Positions 29,596-39,037 of a stretch of 59,972 nt of DNA are shown here, in pieces. The notes below the pieces were generated by a model. That model made no database searches. It saw nothing but the letters and a program-made list of their open reading frames with translations, and was not told the origin of the DNA. Made by a program: the position numbers and the translations under genes. Where the stretch lies: positions 1 to 59,972 of the IMG/VR virus record IMGVR_UViG_3300025137_000039. One strand, 5' to 3'. How positions within the stretch are numbered: position 1 is the stretch's first letter; every line of letters begins with the position of its first letter. The DNA comes from a virus. Taxonomy: Duplodnaviria > Caudoviricetes.

Positions 29596-32118
29596 ATGCT
29601 CAATCCATTCTTTCTAAACAACTCAAAACAAGAGCAGGGTCTCATACAAAGTCTTGTCAACGAACAGTTGAAGATGTATGGGATTGAAATTTATTATATC
29701 CCTAGAAGATATGTAAAAAAAGCATCTGTTATAAGGGAAGTAATTCAATCTGAATTTGATAATGCCTATCCTATTGAAGCATATCTTGATAGTTATGAAG
29801 GGTATGGTGGTCAAGGAACCTTATTATCAAAATTTGGTATTCAAGAATCTGATGATATGACACTTATTGTGTCAAGAGAAAGATACGAGAATTATATTAC
29901 ACCCCTTATAAAAAATATTCCAAATATTGAATTATCAACTAGACCAAAAGAAGGTGATTTAATTTATTTTCCACTTGGAGATAGATTATTTGAAATAAAC
30001 TATGTTGAACATGAACAACCTTTTTATCAATTACAAAAAAATTATATCTACACTCTTAAATGTCAACTTTACAGATATGAAGATGAAGTTCTTGATACTG
30101 GTGTAGAAACTATTGATGATGAAATAGAACAAATTGGTTACATTCAGACACTTACTCTGATTGGTGTTGCAGTACCAGCAACAGCATCTGTTTCTGGAAT
30201 TTGCTCAGGTTCTGTAAGAACTGTAGATATAACAGATATGGGTGATGGTTATACATCAGCACCAATAGTTGCTATTTCAGCTGCTCCTATAGGAGGAGTG
30301 AATGCAGTTGGAATTGCTTCAATGGATTATGGATATATTGGTTGTAATGGTATAAAGGGAACAGGAAAGGTAGTAGGTGTTAAACTCACAAATGCTGGTT
30401 GTGGTTATGTTGATACTCCAATAGTAACTTTCACTGGTGGAGGTGGTGTAGGAGCATCTGCAACAATTATTCTTGAAAAGGTTGGAGGAATAAAGACTTT
30501 AGATTTAACAAATCCTGGGTCAGGATATATAAATCCACCTACTGTTGGAATTTCCACTCCTGTTCATGTAGGAGCTGCTGCAACTGCTACAATTGGTGTT
30601 CCAATAAATCCAGGTGCAGGGTCAAGTGTAATTAATACAACTATAAGTGTTGGTATTGCTACTTACCTATTCCCTGGAGGAACTACAGGTGGTGTGTTCT
30701 ATAAATCTGCACCAGATGTAACATTTTCAACACCAACAGGAAGTGGAGATAATGCAATTGCCACTGCTACTTTAGATAATTATAATAATACTGGTGGCAC
30801 AGTATTATCATTAACCATTACTGATGAGGGTAGATTTTATACATCAGCTCCTTCAGTTACTATAACCTCACCTGGATCTGTATCTGCTGCTGCTACCATA
30901 GACAATGGAGGTGGTCTTGATGGATCATCTGTTGACCCTAGTTCATTAGGATTTACAACAACAGGTAGAGCATATACAACAGCACCTACAGTAACAATAG
31001 GAGTAGGAACTGGCACAAATACTCCTTCAATAGTTGCTGTTGGTATTGCAACTATAAATCCAATTACAGGAGTTGTTACTGCTGTAGGATTTAGTTCTAT
31101 AACCAATTTGTGGGCAGTTGGAACTGGTGCAACTATAGGTTTTGGTTACACTGTAAGACCAACCATATCCTTTAGTGCTCCATCTCCAGTTGTAGCAACT
31201 GCAACTGCAGTAATTTCTGCTGGTGGATCAGTAACATCACTTTCAATTGGAAACAGTGGATTTGGATATATTTCAACTCCTACAGTTTCAATATCTGGAC
31301 CATCTGGAATAGGAACACAGTTTACAGCAACTGGTATTGCAACTATTAGATTCAATTCAATTTCTACAACTGGCACATTGGGAGCAGGATCAACTATAAT
31401 TACTGGAATTAATACTAATGGAATTATAGTTGGTGACAGAGTTAGACTTGGTATTGGATATAGTGGTCTGTATAATTTTATTGTAGGTGATTCATTTGTT
31501 AATTCTGTTGGAGTATCAAGTTTAACTATAAACAATACATCTACAAACGTAGGAATTGCAACATCAGTATTTGAATTTGGTATTGATAGGTGTGGGGTAG
31601 TAACAGCAATTAATATTATAAATGGTGGAGGTGGATACTTGACACCCCCAACAATTACAATTTCAAATGATTCAAGTTTCAAAAACTATATTGATGAAGT
31701 TGTTGGTGTTGCAACAGCTGTTGGAATTTCTACTGTAAGTATAGCAGGCACTGCAACAGTTCATATTATTGATTCTGGTTCTCAATATGTTCTTACTCCA
31801 ACCATTATATTATCATCTCCTATATCAACAAGTACTGGATCATTTATTTTTAATGAAATTGTAACTGGTTCAAGTTCTGGAACAACTGCAAGAGTAAAAA
31901 AATATGATTCTGTAAATAATACTCTTGAGGTTTCACTGGTAGATGGATCATTTACTCCAGGAGAAACAATTGTGGGTTCAGAATCAGGTGCATCACATAC
32001 TATGAGAATACAAGATAAAAATGATCAAGTTGATCCTTTTGCAGATAATGATAATATTGAAACTAGAGCAGATGATATCATAGATTTCAGTAAGGGCAAT
32101 CCTTTTGGAATGCCCTAG
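29596..32118 (+). CDS. gp14: neck protein gp14 with large central insertion
   Basis: N-terminal EQLKMYG..YYIPR, RPKEGDLIYFP, EHEQPFYQL; C-terminal DFSKGNPFG; about 600 aa of G/T-rich repeats in between. Confidence 0.88.
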   Translation: MLNPFFLNNSKQEQGLIQSLVNEQLKMYGIEIYYIPRRYVKKASVIREVIQSEFDNAYPIEAYLDSYEGYGGQGTLLSKFGIQESDDMTLIVSRERYENYITPLIKNIPNIELSTRPKEGDLIYFPLGDRLFEINYVEHEQPFYQLQKNYIYTLKCQLYRYEDEVLDTGVETIDDEIEQIGYIQTLTLIGVAVPATASVSGICSGSVRTVDITDMGDGYTSAPIVAISAAPIGGVNAVGIASMDYGYIGCNGIKGTGKVVGVKLTNAGCGYVDTPIVTFTGGGGVGASATIILEKVGGIKTLDLTNPGSGYINPPTVGISTPVHVGAAATATIGVPINPGAGSSVINTTISVGIATYLFPGGTTGGVFYKSAPDVTFSTPTGSGDNAIATATLDNYNNTGGTVLSLTITDEGRFYTSAPSVTITSPGSVSAAATIDNGGGLDGSSVDPSSLGFTTTGRAYTTAPTVTIGVGTGTNTPSIVAVGIATINPITGVVTAVGFSSITNLWAVGTGATIGFGYTVRPTISFSAPSPVVATATAVISAGGSVTSLSIGNSGFGYISTPTVSISGPSGIGTQFTATGIATIRFNSISTTGTLGAGSTIITGINTNGIIVGDRVRLGIGYSGLYNFIVGDSFVNSVGVSSLTINNTSTNVGIATSVFEFGIDRCGVVTAINIINGGGGYLTPPTITISNDSSFKNYIDEVVGVATAVGISTVSIAGTATVHIIDSGSQYVLTPTIILSSPISTSTGSFIFNEIVTGSSSGTTARVKKYDSVNNTLEVSLVDGSFTPGETIVGSESGASHTMRIQDKNDQVDPFADNDNIETRADDIIDFSKGNPFGMP

Positions 32119-32160
32119 TTTAAAAACTGTTAAATAGAAGTATAGTTAAATTATAAAAAA

Positions 32161-33168
32161 ATGTTTGAACATTTCTACAATGAAATATTCAGATCAGTTA
32201 TTATTGCCTTTGGTTCCCTTTTTAATGGAATAGAAGTTCATAAAAAAGATGCTGATAATGATACTTTTAGTATCATTAAAGTGCCACTTTCTTATGGTCC
32301 TACGCAAAAATTCCTTGCCAGAATGGAACAGCAGGCTGATCTTAATAAACCAGTTCAAATGACATTGCCAAGAATGTCATTTGAGTTTACAGATTTGTCT
32401 TATGATCCTAGTAGAAAGGCATCACAGTCCCAAACATTTTTTAAGACTGAAACTGATGGAACAAAGGCTAAAAAAGTTTATCTTCCAGTTCCATACAATA
32501 TGGGTTTTGAATTGTCTATAATGACAAAGTTAAATGATGACATGCTCCAAATAACTGAACAAATTTTACCATATTTTCAACCATCATACACTCTTCCAAT
32601 TAAAATGCTTGGTGATTTGAAAGAAACATTGAATGTTCCAGTGCAATTGGAAAATGTTTCTATGGAAGATGATTATGAAGGAAACTTTGATACAAGAAGG
32701 GCGTTAGTGTATACTTTTAGATTTGTAGCTAAAACTTACTTATATGGTCCTATAGCAGATGTTACTGATGATATCATTAAGAAGGTTCAAGTTGGTTACG
32801 TTGCTGGTCAGAGAGGTCTTAGAGGGACCTCTTATGAAAGAGATGTCACCTATAAGGTTGTGCCAAGAGCAACAAAAGATTATGATGGTTCAGAAATTAC
32901 AACACTTGCAGAAGATGTAGACGAAACAGAAACTGTAATTACTGTTGCAAATGGTGGATCAGTAACAGCAAAAACATATGTTTATATGGGAGAAGAAGAA
33001 ATATTTGTTGAATCTATTTCTGGCAATAAACTTACAGTGAAGAGAGCACAAGATAAAACAACAGCAGCTGCTCATGTTCTTGGTGCATCAGTGTATAGTA
33101 TTACATCAAATGATGCAAACTTTATTGATATAGGTGACAACTTTGGATTTGATGGCAGTATCTCATGA
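32161..33168 (+). CDS. gp15: tail sheath stabiliser / completion protein gp15
   Basis: FGSLFNGI, VPLSYGPTQKFLAR, LPRMSFE, EQILPYFQP. Confidence 0.93.
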   Translation: MFEHFYNEIFRSVIIAFGSLFNGIEVHKKDADNDTFSIIKVPLSYGPTQKFLARMEQQADLNKPVQMTLPRMSFEFTDLSYDPSRKASQSQTFFKTETDGTKAKKVYLPVPYNMGFELSIMTKLNDDMLQITEQILPYFQPSYTLPIKMLGDLKETLNVPVQLENVSMEDDYEGNFDTRRALVYTFRFVAKTYLYGPIADVTDDIIKKVQVGYVAGQRGLRGTSYERDVTYKVVPRATKDYDGSEITTLAEDVDETETVITVANGGSVTAKTYVYMGEEEIFVESISGNKLTVKRAQDKTTAAAHVLGASVYSITSNDANFIDIGDNFGFDGSIS

Positions 33169-33548
33169 CAAACTCAGATAGCAACATTGTTGATGTAACA
33201 CCTATTGGTAAAGAGAAACCTGCACGTCTTACTAAAGATGATGTAGAAAAAGATTATGAATACACAAGAGGTAATCTTTACTCTATAATTGAAAAAGGAC
33301 AGGAAGCAATCAATGGCATTCTTGAACTTGCACAAGAAAGTGAAATGCCTAGAGCATATGAGGTTGCTGGTCAATTGATTAAAAATGTTGCTGATGCAAC
33401 TGATAAGTTAATGACTCTTCAACAAAAACTAAAAGATGTCAATGAAGAACAGATAAGTAAGGGACCAACAACAGTAAACAATGCATTGTTTGTTGGATCT
33501 ACTGCTGATTTGCAAAAACTATTGAAGAATAACTCATCTGATAAATAA
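33165..33548 (+). CDS. gp16: terminase small subunit gp16
   Basis: DYEYTRGNL, PRAYEVAGQLIK, FVGSTADLQKLL. Confidence 0.93.
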   Translation: MTNSDSNIVDVTPIGKEKPARLTKDDVEKDYEYTRGNLYSIIEKGQEAINGILELAQESEMPRAYEVAGQLIKNVADATDKLMTLQQKLKDVNEEQISKGPTTVNNALFVGSTADLQKLLKNNSSDK

Positions 33549-33588
33549 TACATCAGGGAGAGAAATCCCAAAGTATTATACTTATAAA

Positions 33589-35526
33589 ATGTCTAAAAAA
33601 GAGGATTTGCCTTCAATAAATGATATAGTAGAGGATACTAATCTCCCCTCTTATAAAGATTTTATTGAAAATAACGAAGAACTTCCTTCAGTAGAAGAAT
33701 ATAAGACAGAACCATTAGAAGAAGATAACCAAACAATTGAAAATGCCAATGGTGAAACATTTGCAGAAATAATTGATGTTGTAAAAGCGCCAGAATGGCA
33801 AGAATTGTTAACTTTAGTTAACAAAGTAAGAGAAGATATTCCAAAAATACCAGAAATTAAATATTACGATGATGAATTAGGTGACTTAAGTGAAAAAATT
33901 ACTGAAATTCAAGAAAATTTGTCACGCTTTGATTTAAAAAGCGACAAAATTTATCATTTAGATGCAAAAAATGAAGAATTTGAGGTTAAATTAAATGAAA
34001 TAGAGTTAAAAATACCTGAAATACCTGAAGTAAGGTACTATGAAGGTGATATTGACTATATTTACAAAAAAATTGACTTAATTAAAGAAGAAATTACCAA
34101 TCTTCCAGAAGTAAAATATTATGAAAGTGACCTTAAGAATCTTAAAACAAGAATTGAACAAGTTAATGAGAGTATTCCTACCTTTCCTGATTGGGTTAAT
34201 AAGGTTGAAGAGGTTCCTGACTTTTCATGGATAGGTAAAACCTTTGGAGTCATTGATGATGACTTTAAAAAGGTTCAAGGGCACATTGATCTTATCACAG
34301 AAAAAATTAATTTAAGAGTTTCTGAGATTAATGAAACAATTGAAGTAAAAGATTTTGAACAAAGAGTAGATTTAAAAGATCTAAAAGAAAATTATAAGAC
34401 TACAAAAGATAAAATCGTCAAAGAGTTCAAAGAAGTTGCTTTAAAAATTTATGATCACCATAAAGAATTTAAAGATGATGATAGAAAATTAAAAAAAGCA
34501 GTATTAAGTGAGCAAAATAAGTTAAAACAGATTCTCACTAAAGAGATAACTAAAATTAATGAGGAAAGCATAAAAACTGATGAAAAAATCATTGGTTTCT
34601 TCAACTCATTAAAAGAAAATGTTGAGCAAAAATTTTCATCATTACCTGAAGTAAAGTATTATGATGATGATATAAAAACACTTAAACAAGATGTAAGATT
34701 TGTCAAGGTAAGTGTTAAAAATTGTCTTGAGGATATAAAGAAAATATCTCTCGAGATTAAAAAAACTCAGGTAGAGTTAAGTGAAGGTCTTCTTAATGAA
34801 CCTCCAAATGAAAAAGAAACTGCTGGAAATCAAACTGATCCATTAACACCTCTTGATCAAAAATTTGCCACTCTTGATGATCTGTCCAAACACTACAGAT
34901 TGTTTATTAATAGAATCCAAACTCAACTCTCCACTATGGGTGGTGGTGGAGCAGGATTTATAAAAGATCTTGATGATGTTACTTTTGATGGGACTGATGG
35001 TCAACTTCTTATATACAATTCATCTACATCAAAATGGGTTGGTATTGCCAGCACTTCATTAGCAGGTTCTACCACATTAAATGAAGTTCTAACTAAAGGA
35101 AATATTTCAGGCATTGGAATGTCTGTTGGTTTCATAACTGCAACTTCTGCAGCATTTAGTGGTAATGTTACTATTGGTGGAACACTCAGAACTGAAAATA
35201 AAATTAATGTTGATTCTATTGGTATTGTAACTGCTAGAACTGAAATAAATGTTGGATATGACTATGATGGTGGTCCTGGAGTTGGAGTAACAATACTAGC
35301 ATCTGGCAATGCAAACTATGCTGGAATTGTTACTGCATCTACAATTAAAGCATCAACTGCTTTCTATCCACCAATCTACACAACAACACAAAGAGATGCA
35401 GGAACCTTTTCAGAAGGTGCAATTATTTTTAATACCACAAGTAAAAAAATGGAGTTTTATGATGGAACTAATTGGCAATCACTACCTGGTATGACTCTTG
35501 GTCTTACTGTGGCACTTGATGGTTGA
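33589..35526 (+). CDS. coiled-coil protein with PEVKYY repeats and a fibre-like C-terminus
   Basis: 645 aa; four (I/L)PE(V/I)(K/R)YY repeats, GGGGAG hinge, C-terminal TTTQRDA...GAIIFNTT...FYDGTNW. Confidence 0.8.
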   Translation: MSKKEDLPSINDIVEDTNLPSYKDFIENNEELPSVEEYKTEPLEEDNQTIENANGETFAEIIDVVKAPEWQELLTLVNKVREDIPKIPEIKYYDDELGDLSEKITEIQENLSRFDLKSDKIYHLDAKNEEFEVKLNEIELKIPEIPEVRYYEGDIDYIYKKIDLIKEEITNLPEVKYYESDLKNLKTRIEQVNESIPTFPDWVNKVEEVPDFSWIGKTFGVIDDDFKKVQGHIDLITEKINLRVSEINETIEVKDFEQRVDLKDLKENYKTTKDKIVKEFKEVALKIYDHHKEFKDDDRKLKKAVLSEQNKLKQILTKEITKINEESIKTDEKIIGFFNSLKENVEQKFSSLPEVKYYDDDIKTLKQDVRFVKVSVKNCLEDIKKISLEIKKTQVELSEGLLNEPPNEKETAGNQTDPLTPLDQKFATLDDLSKHYRLFINRIQTQLSTMGGGGAGFIKDLDDVTFDGTDGQLLIYNSSTSKWVGIASTSLAGSTTLNEVLTKGNISGIGMSVGFITATSAAFSGNVTIGGTLRTENKINVDSIGIVTARTEINVGYDYDGGPGVGVTILASGNANYAGIVTASTIKASTAFYPPIYTTTQRDAGTFSEGAIIFNTTSKKMEFYDGTNWQSLPGMTLGLTVALDG

Positions 35527-35554
35527 TAAATAAGAAGAGACCTTTTTATATAAA

Positions 35555-36853
35555 ATGAAAAAGAAGTGTCCAGATGGAAAATACTATTGCTATACTGATA
35601 AAGTATGCAAAGACATTCCAAAAGGGTTCAAGATGGTTGGACCCATGGGAATGCTTCGAAAAGAGAATGGTCATTCTGTAGATGATGATGATTCTAAAAC
35701 CAAAAAGAATGGTAAGAAGAATGGTAGTGTTTCTAATAGCAATGGTCATTCTAATGGAAATGGTAATGGCAACGGAAATGGTGCTGTCAGTGAAGATTTA
35801 AGAAAGTGGTTTGGTTCTGGACCTAAAGGTGGAAAAGGTGGTGGTGGATGGGATAGATACAACACCAAAGGTGAAAGAATTGGAAAATGTGCAAGGGAAC
35901 CTGGAGAAGGTAAACCCAAATGTCTTTCCAATGAAAAAGCAGCAAAAATGTCTAAGGCAGAAAGAGCTTCAGCTGTGCAAAGAAAAAGAAGACAAGATCC
36001 AGTTGCAGATCGTTCAGGTAAAGGAGGAAAACCAATCATGACTTCTAATAAGATAAAAGAAAGTTCTTCACCAATGGTAAGACAAATTCTTGAAAGAATT
36101 GAATGTGAGCAGGAGTGGATTCTTGTAGAAAAAAATGTACCTACTAATCCTTCACTCTGGTCTAAGTTTAAGTCACAAGCAAGAGCAAAGTTTGATGTAT
36201 ATCCATCTGCTTATGCTAATGGTTGGGCTGCTAAGAAATATAAAGCAGCAGGTGGTAGTTGGAAGACAGCAACTAGTGAAAGTGTAGAATTAGAAGAAAA
36301 GAAAGGATGTATGCATAACCATAAAGGGGAGGAGTGTCCTGTTCATGGTGTGAAAGAGTGTCCTAATGAAGATACAATTAAAGAGGCAGTAAGAGTACCT
36401 GCTAGAAATGGAAATCTATACCTTGTAGCATTTTCTTGGAAAGGAAAGTATATGATGATGAAGATTTTCTTCCCTGAAATTACTAGACCATCAAGATCTC
36501 AAGTTCAAGATGCATTAAATAAAATTTATCCTGGATGTTTTGTTCAAAGATTTGATATTACTCCTTATCAACCTGGTGAACCCATGATTGATGCAGGAAT
36601 GCAGGAGGCAGCATCATGGACAAAAAAGTCTGGAAAGAATAAAGAAGGAGGATTAAATGAAAAAGGCAGGAAGTCGTATGAGCGTGAAAACCCAGGAAGC
36701 GATCTTAAGGCACCTTCAAAAAAAGTTGGGAACCCTCGTAGAAAGAGTTTTTGTGCGAGAATGAGTGGTATGAAGAAAAAACTTACTTCTTCAAAAACTG
36801 CAAATGATCCAAACAGCAGAATAAATAAATCATTAAGAGCTTGGAATTGTTAA
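35555..36853 (+). CDS. basic modular protein, probable internal head (poly)protein
   Basis: 432 aa; modules DLRKWF...KPKCL, NPSLWS...KFDVYPSAYANGW and GGLNEKGR...RRKSFCARM...RAWNC; GATAAATA late-type promoter upstream. Confidence 0.75.
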   Translation: MKKKCPDGKYYCYTDKVCKDIPKGFKMVGPMGMLRKENGHSVDDDDSKTKKNGKKNGSVSNSNGHSNGNGNGNGNGAVSEDLRKWFGSGPKGGKGGGGWDRYNTKGERIGKCAREPGEGKPKCLSNEKAAKMSKAERASAVQRKRRQDPVADRSGKGGKPIMTSNKIKESSSPMVRQILERIECEQEWILVEKNVPTNPSLWSKFKSQARAKFDVYPSAYANGWAAKKYKAAGGSWKTATSESVELEEKKGCMHNHKGEECPVHGVKECPNEDTIKEAVRVPARNGNLYLVAFSWKGKYMMMKIFFPEITRPSRSQVQDALNKIYPGCFVQRFDITPYQPGEPMIDAGMQEAASWTKKSGKNKEGGLNEKGRKSYERENPGSDLKAPSKKVGNPRRKSFCARMSGMKKKLTSSKTANDPNSRINKSLRAWNC

Positions 36854-36861
36854 TATAATTT

Positions 36862-38508
36862 ATGACTGATAATGTATATCTTGGCAATCCTAATTTAAAA
36901 AAAGTAAATACAAGAATTGAATTTTCTCAAGAAAATATTGAGGAATATTTAAGGTGTCAGGATGATCCTGTATATTTTGCTCAAAATTATGTAAAAATTG
37001 TGACTCTTGACCATGGTCTACAACCATTTAAGACCTATGACTTCCAAGAAAAACTTATTAACAACTTTTACAAGAATAGATTTAACATCTGCAAAATGCC
37101 AAGACAGACTGGCAAAAGCACAACAGTTATTTCTTTTCTGCTTCACCATGTCGTCTTTAATGACAGTGTTAATATTGGCATCCTCGCTAACAAAGCGTCA
37201 ACTGCTAGGGAACTTTTAAGTAGATTGCAAATTGCTTATGAAAATCTTCCTAAATGGATGCAACAGGGTATATTATCATGGAACAAAGGATCTTTAGAGT
37301 TAGAAAATGGCAGTAAGATATTGGCAGCTTCTACGTCTGCAAGTGCTGTCAGAGGTATGTCGTTCAATATCCTCTTCTTGGACGAATTCGCGTTTGTCCC
37401 CAATCACATCGCTGATGCCTTCTTTGCATCTGTTTATCCTACTATTACTTCTGGTAAAAGCACAAAAGTCATCATAGTTTCTACCCCTCATGGTATGAAC
37501 CACTTCTACAGAATGTGGCATGATGCTGAAAAAGGAATAAGTGATTACATACCAACAGATGTTCATTGGTCTGAAGTCCCTGGAAGAGATGAGAAATGGA
37601 AAAAACAAACTATAAAAAACACTTCTGAACAGCAATTTAAGATTGAGTTTGAGTGTGAATTCCTAGGATCTGTTGATACTTTAATTGCACCTAGTAAATT
37701 AAAAACTTTCATTTATGATAATCCAATTCAAAGAAGTGCAGGATTAGATGTACATGAACCTCCACAAAAAAAACATGATTATGTAATGACAGTGGATGTA
37801 GCTAGAGGAGTTGGTAATGATTACTCTGCTTTTGTTGTTGTAGATATTACAGAATTTCCTCATAAAGTTGTAGCAAAATATAGAAATAATGAAATTAAAC
37901 CCATGCTATTTCCTAATATAATTTGGGAGATAGCAAGAAAATATAACGATTCATTTATTCTTTGTGAAGTAAATGATATTGGAGATCAAGTTGCAAGTAT
38001 TCTTCAATATGACCTAGAATATCAAAATTTATTGATGTGTTCTATGAGAGGTAGAGCAGGACAAATTGTTGGTCAAGGATTTTCTGGTTCAAAGACACAA
38101 CTTGGAATTAAGATGTCCAAAACAGTAAAGAAAGTAGGTTCCTTGAATCTTAAAACACTTGTTGAAGAGGATAAACTTTTATTTAATGATTATGAAATTA
38201 TATCTGAACTTACAACTTTTATATCCAAACACAATTCATTTGAGGCAGAAGAAGGTTGTAATGATGATCTTGCAATGTGTCTTGTAATATATGCTTGGTT
38301 AGTTGCTCAAGATTATTTTAAAGAACTGACTGATCAAGATGTCAGGAAAAGATTATATGAAGAACAAAAGAATCAGATTGAACAAGATATGGCACCATTT
38401 GGATTTATAAATGATGGTTCAGATGAAGCAACATTTGTTGATAATGATGGAGACAGATGGTATACTGATGAATATGGCGACATGTCACATATGTGGGATT
38501 ATAGATAA
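36862..38508 (+). CDS. gp17: terminase large subunit gp17
   Basis: Walker A PRQTGKST, Walker B LFLDEFAF, STPHG, nuclease DVARG...DYS...DDLAM. Confidence 0.97.
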   Translation: MTDNVYLGNPNLKKVNTRIEFSQENIEEYLRCQDDPVYFAQNYVKIVTLDHGLQPFKTYDFQEKLINNFYKNRFNICKMPRQTGKSTTVISFLLHHVVFNDSVNIGILANKASTARELLSRLQIAYENLPKWMQQGILSWNKGSLELENGSKILAASTSASAVRGMSFNILFLDEFAFVPNHIADAFFASVYPTITSGKSTKVIIVSTPHGMNHFYRMWHDAEKGISDYIPTDVHWSEVPGRDEKWKKQTIKNTSEQQFKIEFECEFLGSVDTLIAPSKLKTFIYDNPIQRSAGLDVHEPPQKKHDYVMTVDVARGVGNDYSAFVVVDITEFPHKVVAKYRNNEIKPMLFPNIIWEIARKYNDSFILCEVNDIGDQVASILQYDLEYQNLLMCSMRGRAGQIVGQGFSGSKTQLGIKMSKTVKKVGSLNLKTLVEEDKLLFNDYEIISELTTFISKHNSFEAEEGCNDDLAMCLVIYAWLVAQDYFKELTDQDVRKRLYEEQKNQIEQDMAPFGFINDGSDEATFVDNDGDRWYTDEYGDMSHMWDYR

Positions 38509-38742
38509 ATGAAAATAACACCTGAAACATATGAAAAGATGAACGAGGAATTTATTAAAGACAATACTCCTTTTATAATTGTTGTACCTACACAGGAGGC
38601 AATTGATAAATGGCAAGCAAAACCAGCACCTCCATATTCAGTACCACCTCAAGTAGATATGGTTAGTAAGCAATGGGAAAAACTTGGTGTATTTTCTATT
38701 GAAGAAAGAGAGCAATATAGGAAAAATAACAGTGGACTTTGA
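38509..38742 (+). CDS. hypothetical protein
   Basis: 77-aa ORF abutting the gp17 stop. Confidence 0.7.
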   Translation: MKITPETYEKMNEEFIKDNTPFIIVVPTQEAIDKWQAKPAPPYSVPPQVDMVSKQWEKLGVFSIEEREQYRKNNSGL

Positions 38743-38959
38743 TGAACAGATAAAACTTGGTCATCTTTTATTAGATTTAAGAAAATGTAGATCTTGTGGA
38801 GAAGAAAAAAATTTAATAGAATCATTTTACAGAACAAGAAGAGACAGAGGTCCATCACTTTCATCATATTCTTATGAGTGTAAAGAATGCACCATAAAAA
38901 GAATTATTGACAGTAGAAAAAATAAACCACATACAGATTGGCAATACCCAGATTGGTAA
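38732..38959 (+). CDS. small Zn-finger-like protein
   Basis: CRSC...FYR...YECKEC; probable GTG start at 38732 (the track gives 38684). Confidence 0.75.
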   Translation: MDFDEQIKLGHLLLDLRKCRSCGEEKNLIESFYRTRRDRGPSLSSYSYECKECTIKRIIDSRKNKPHTDWQYPDW

Positions 38960-39037
38960 TGTTCATGCATAGTTTCCCCACTGAAAACACTAGAAACAAT
39001 AAATATTTTTAGTTAATCTGAGGATTAGGAGAAAAAC

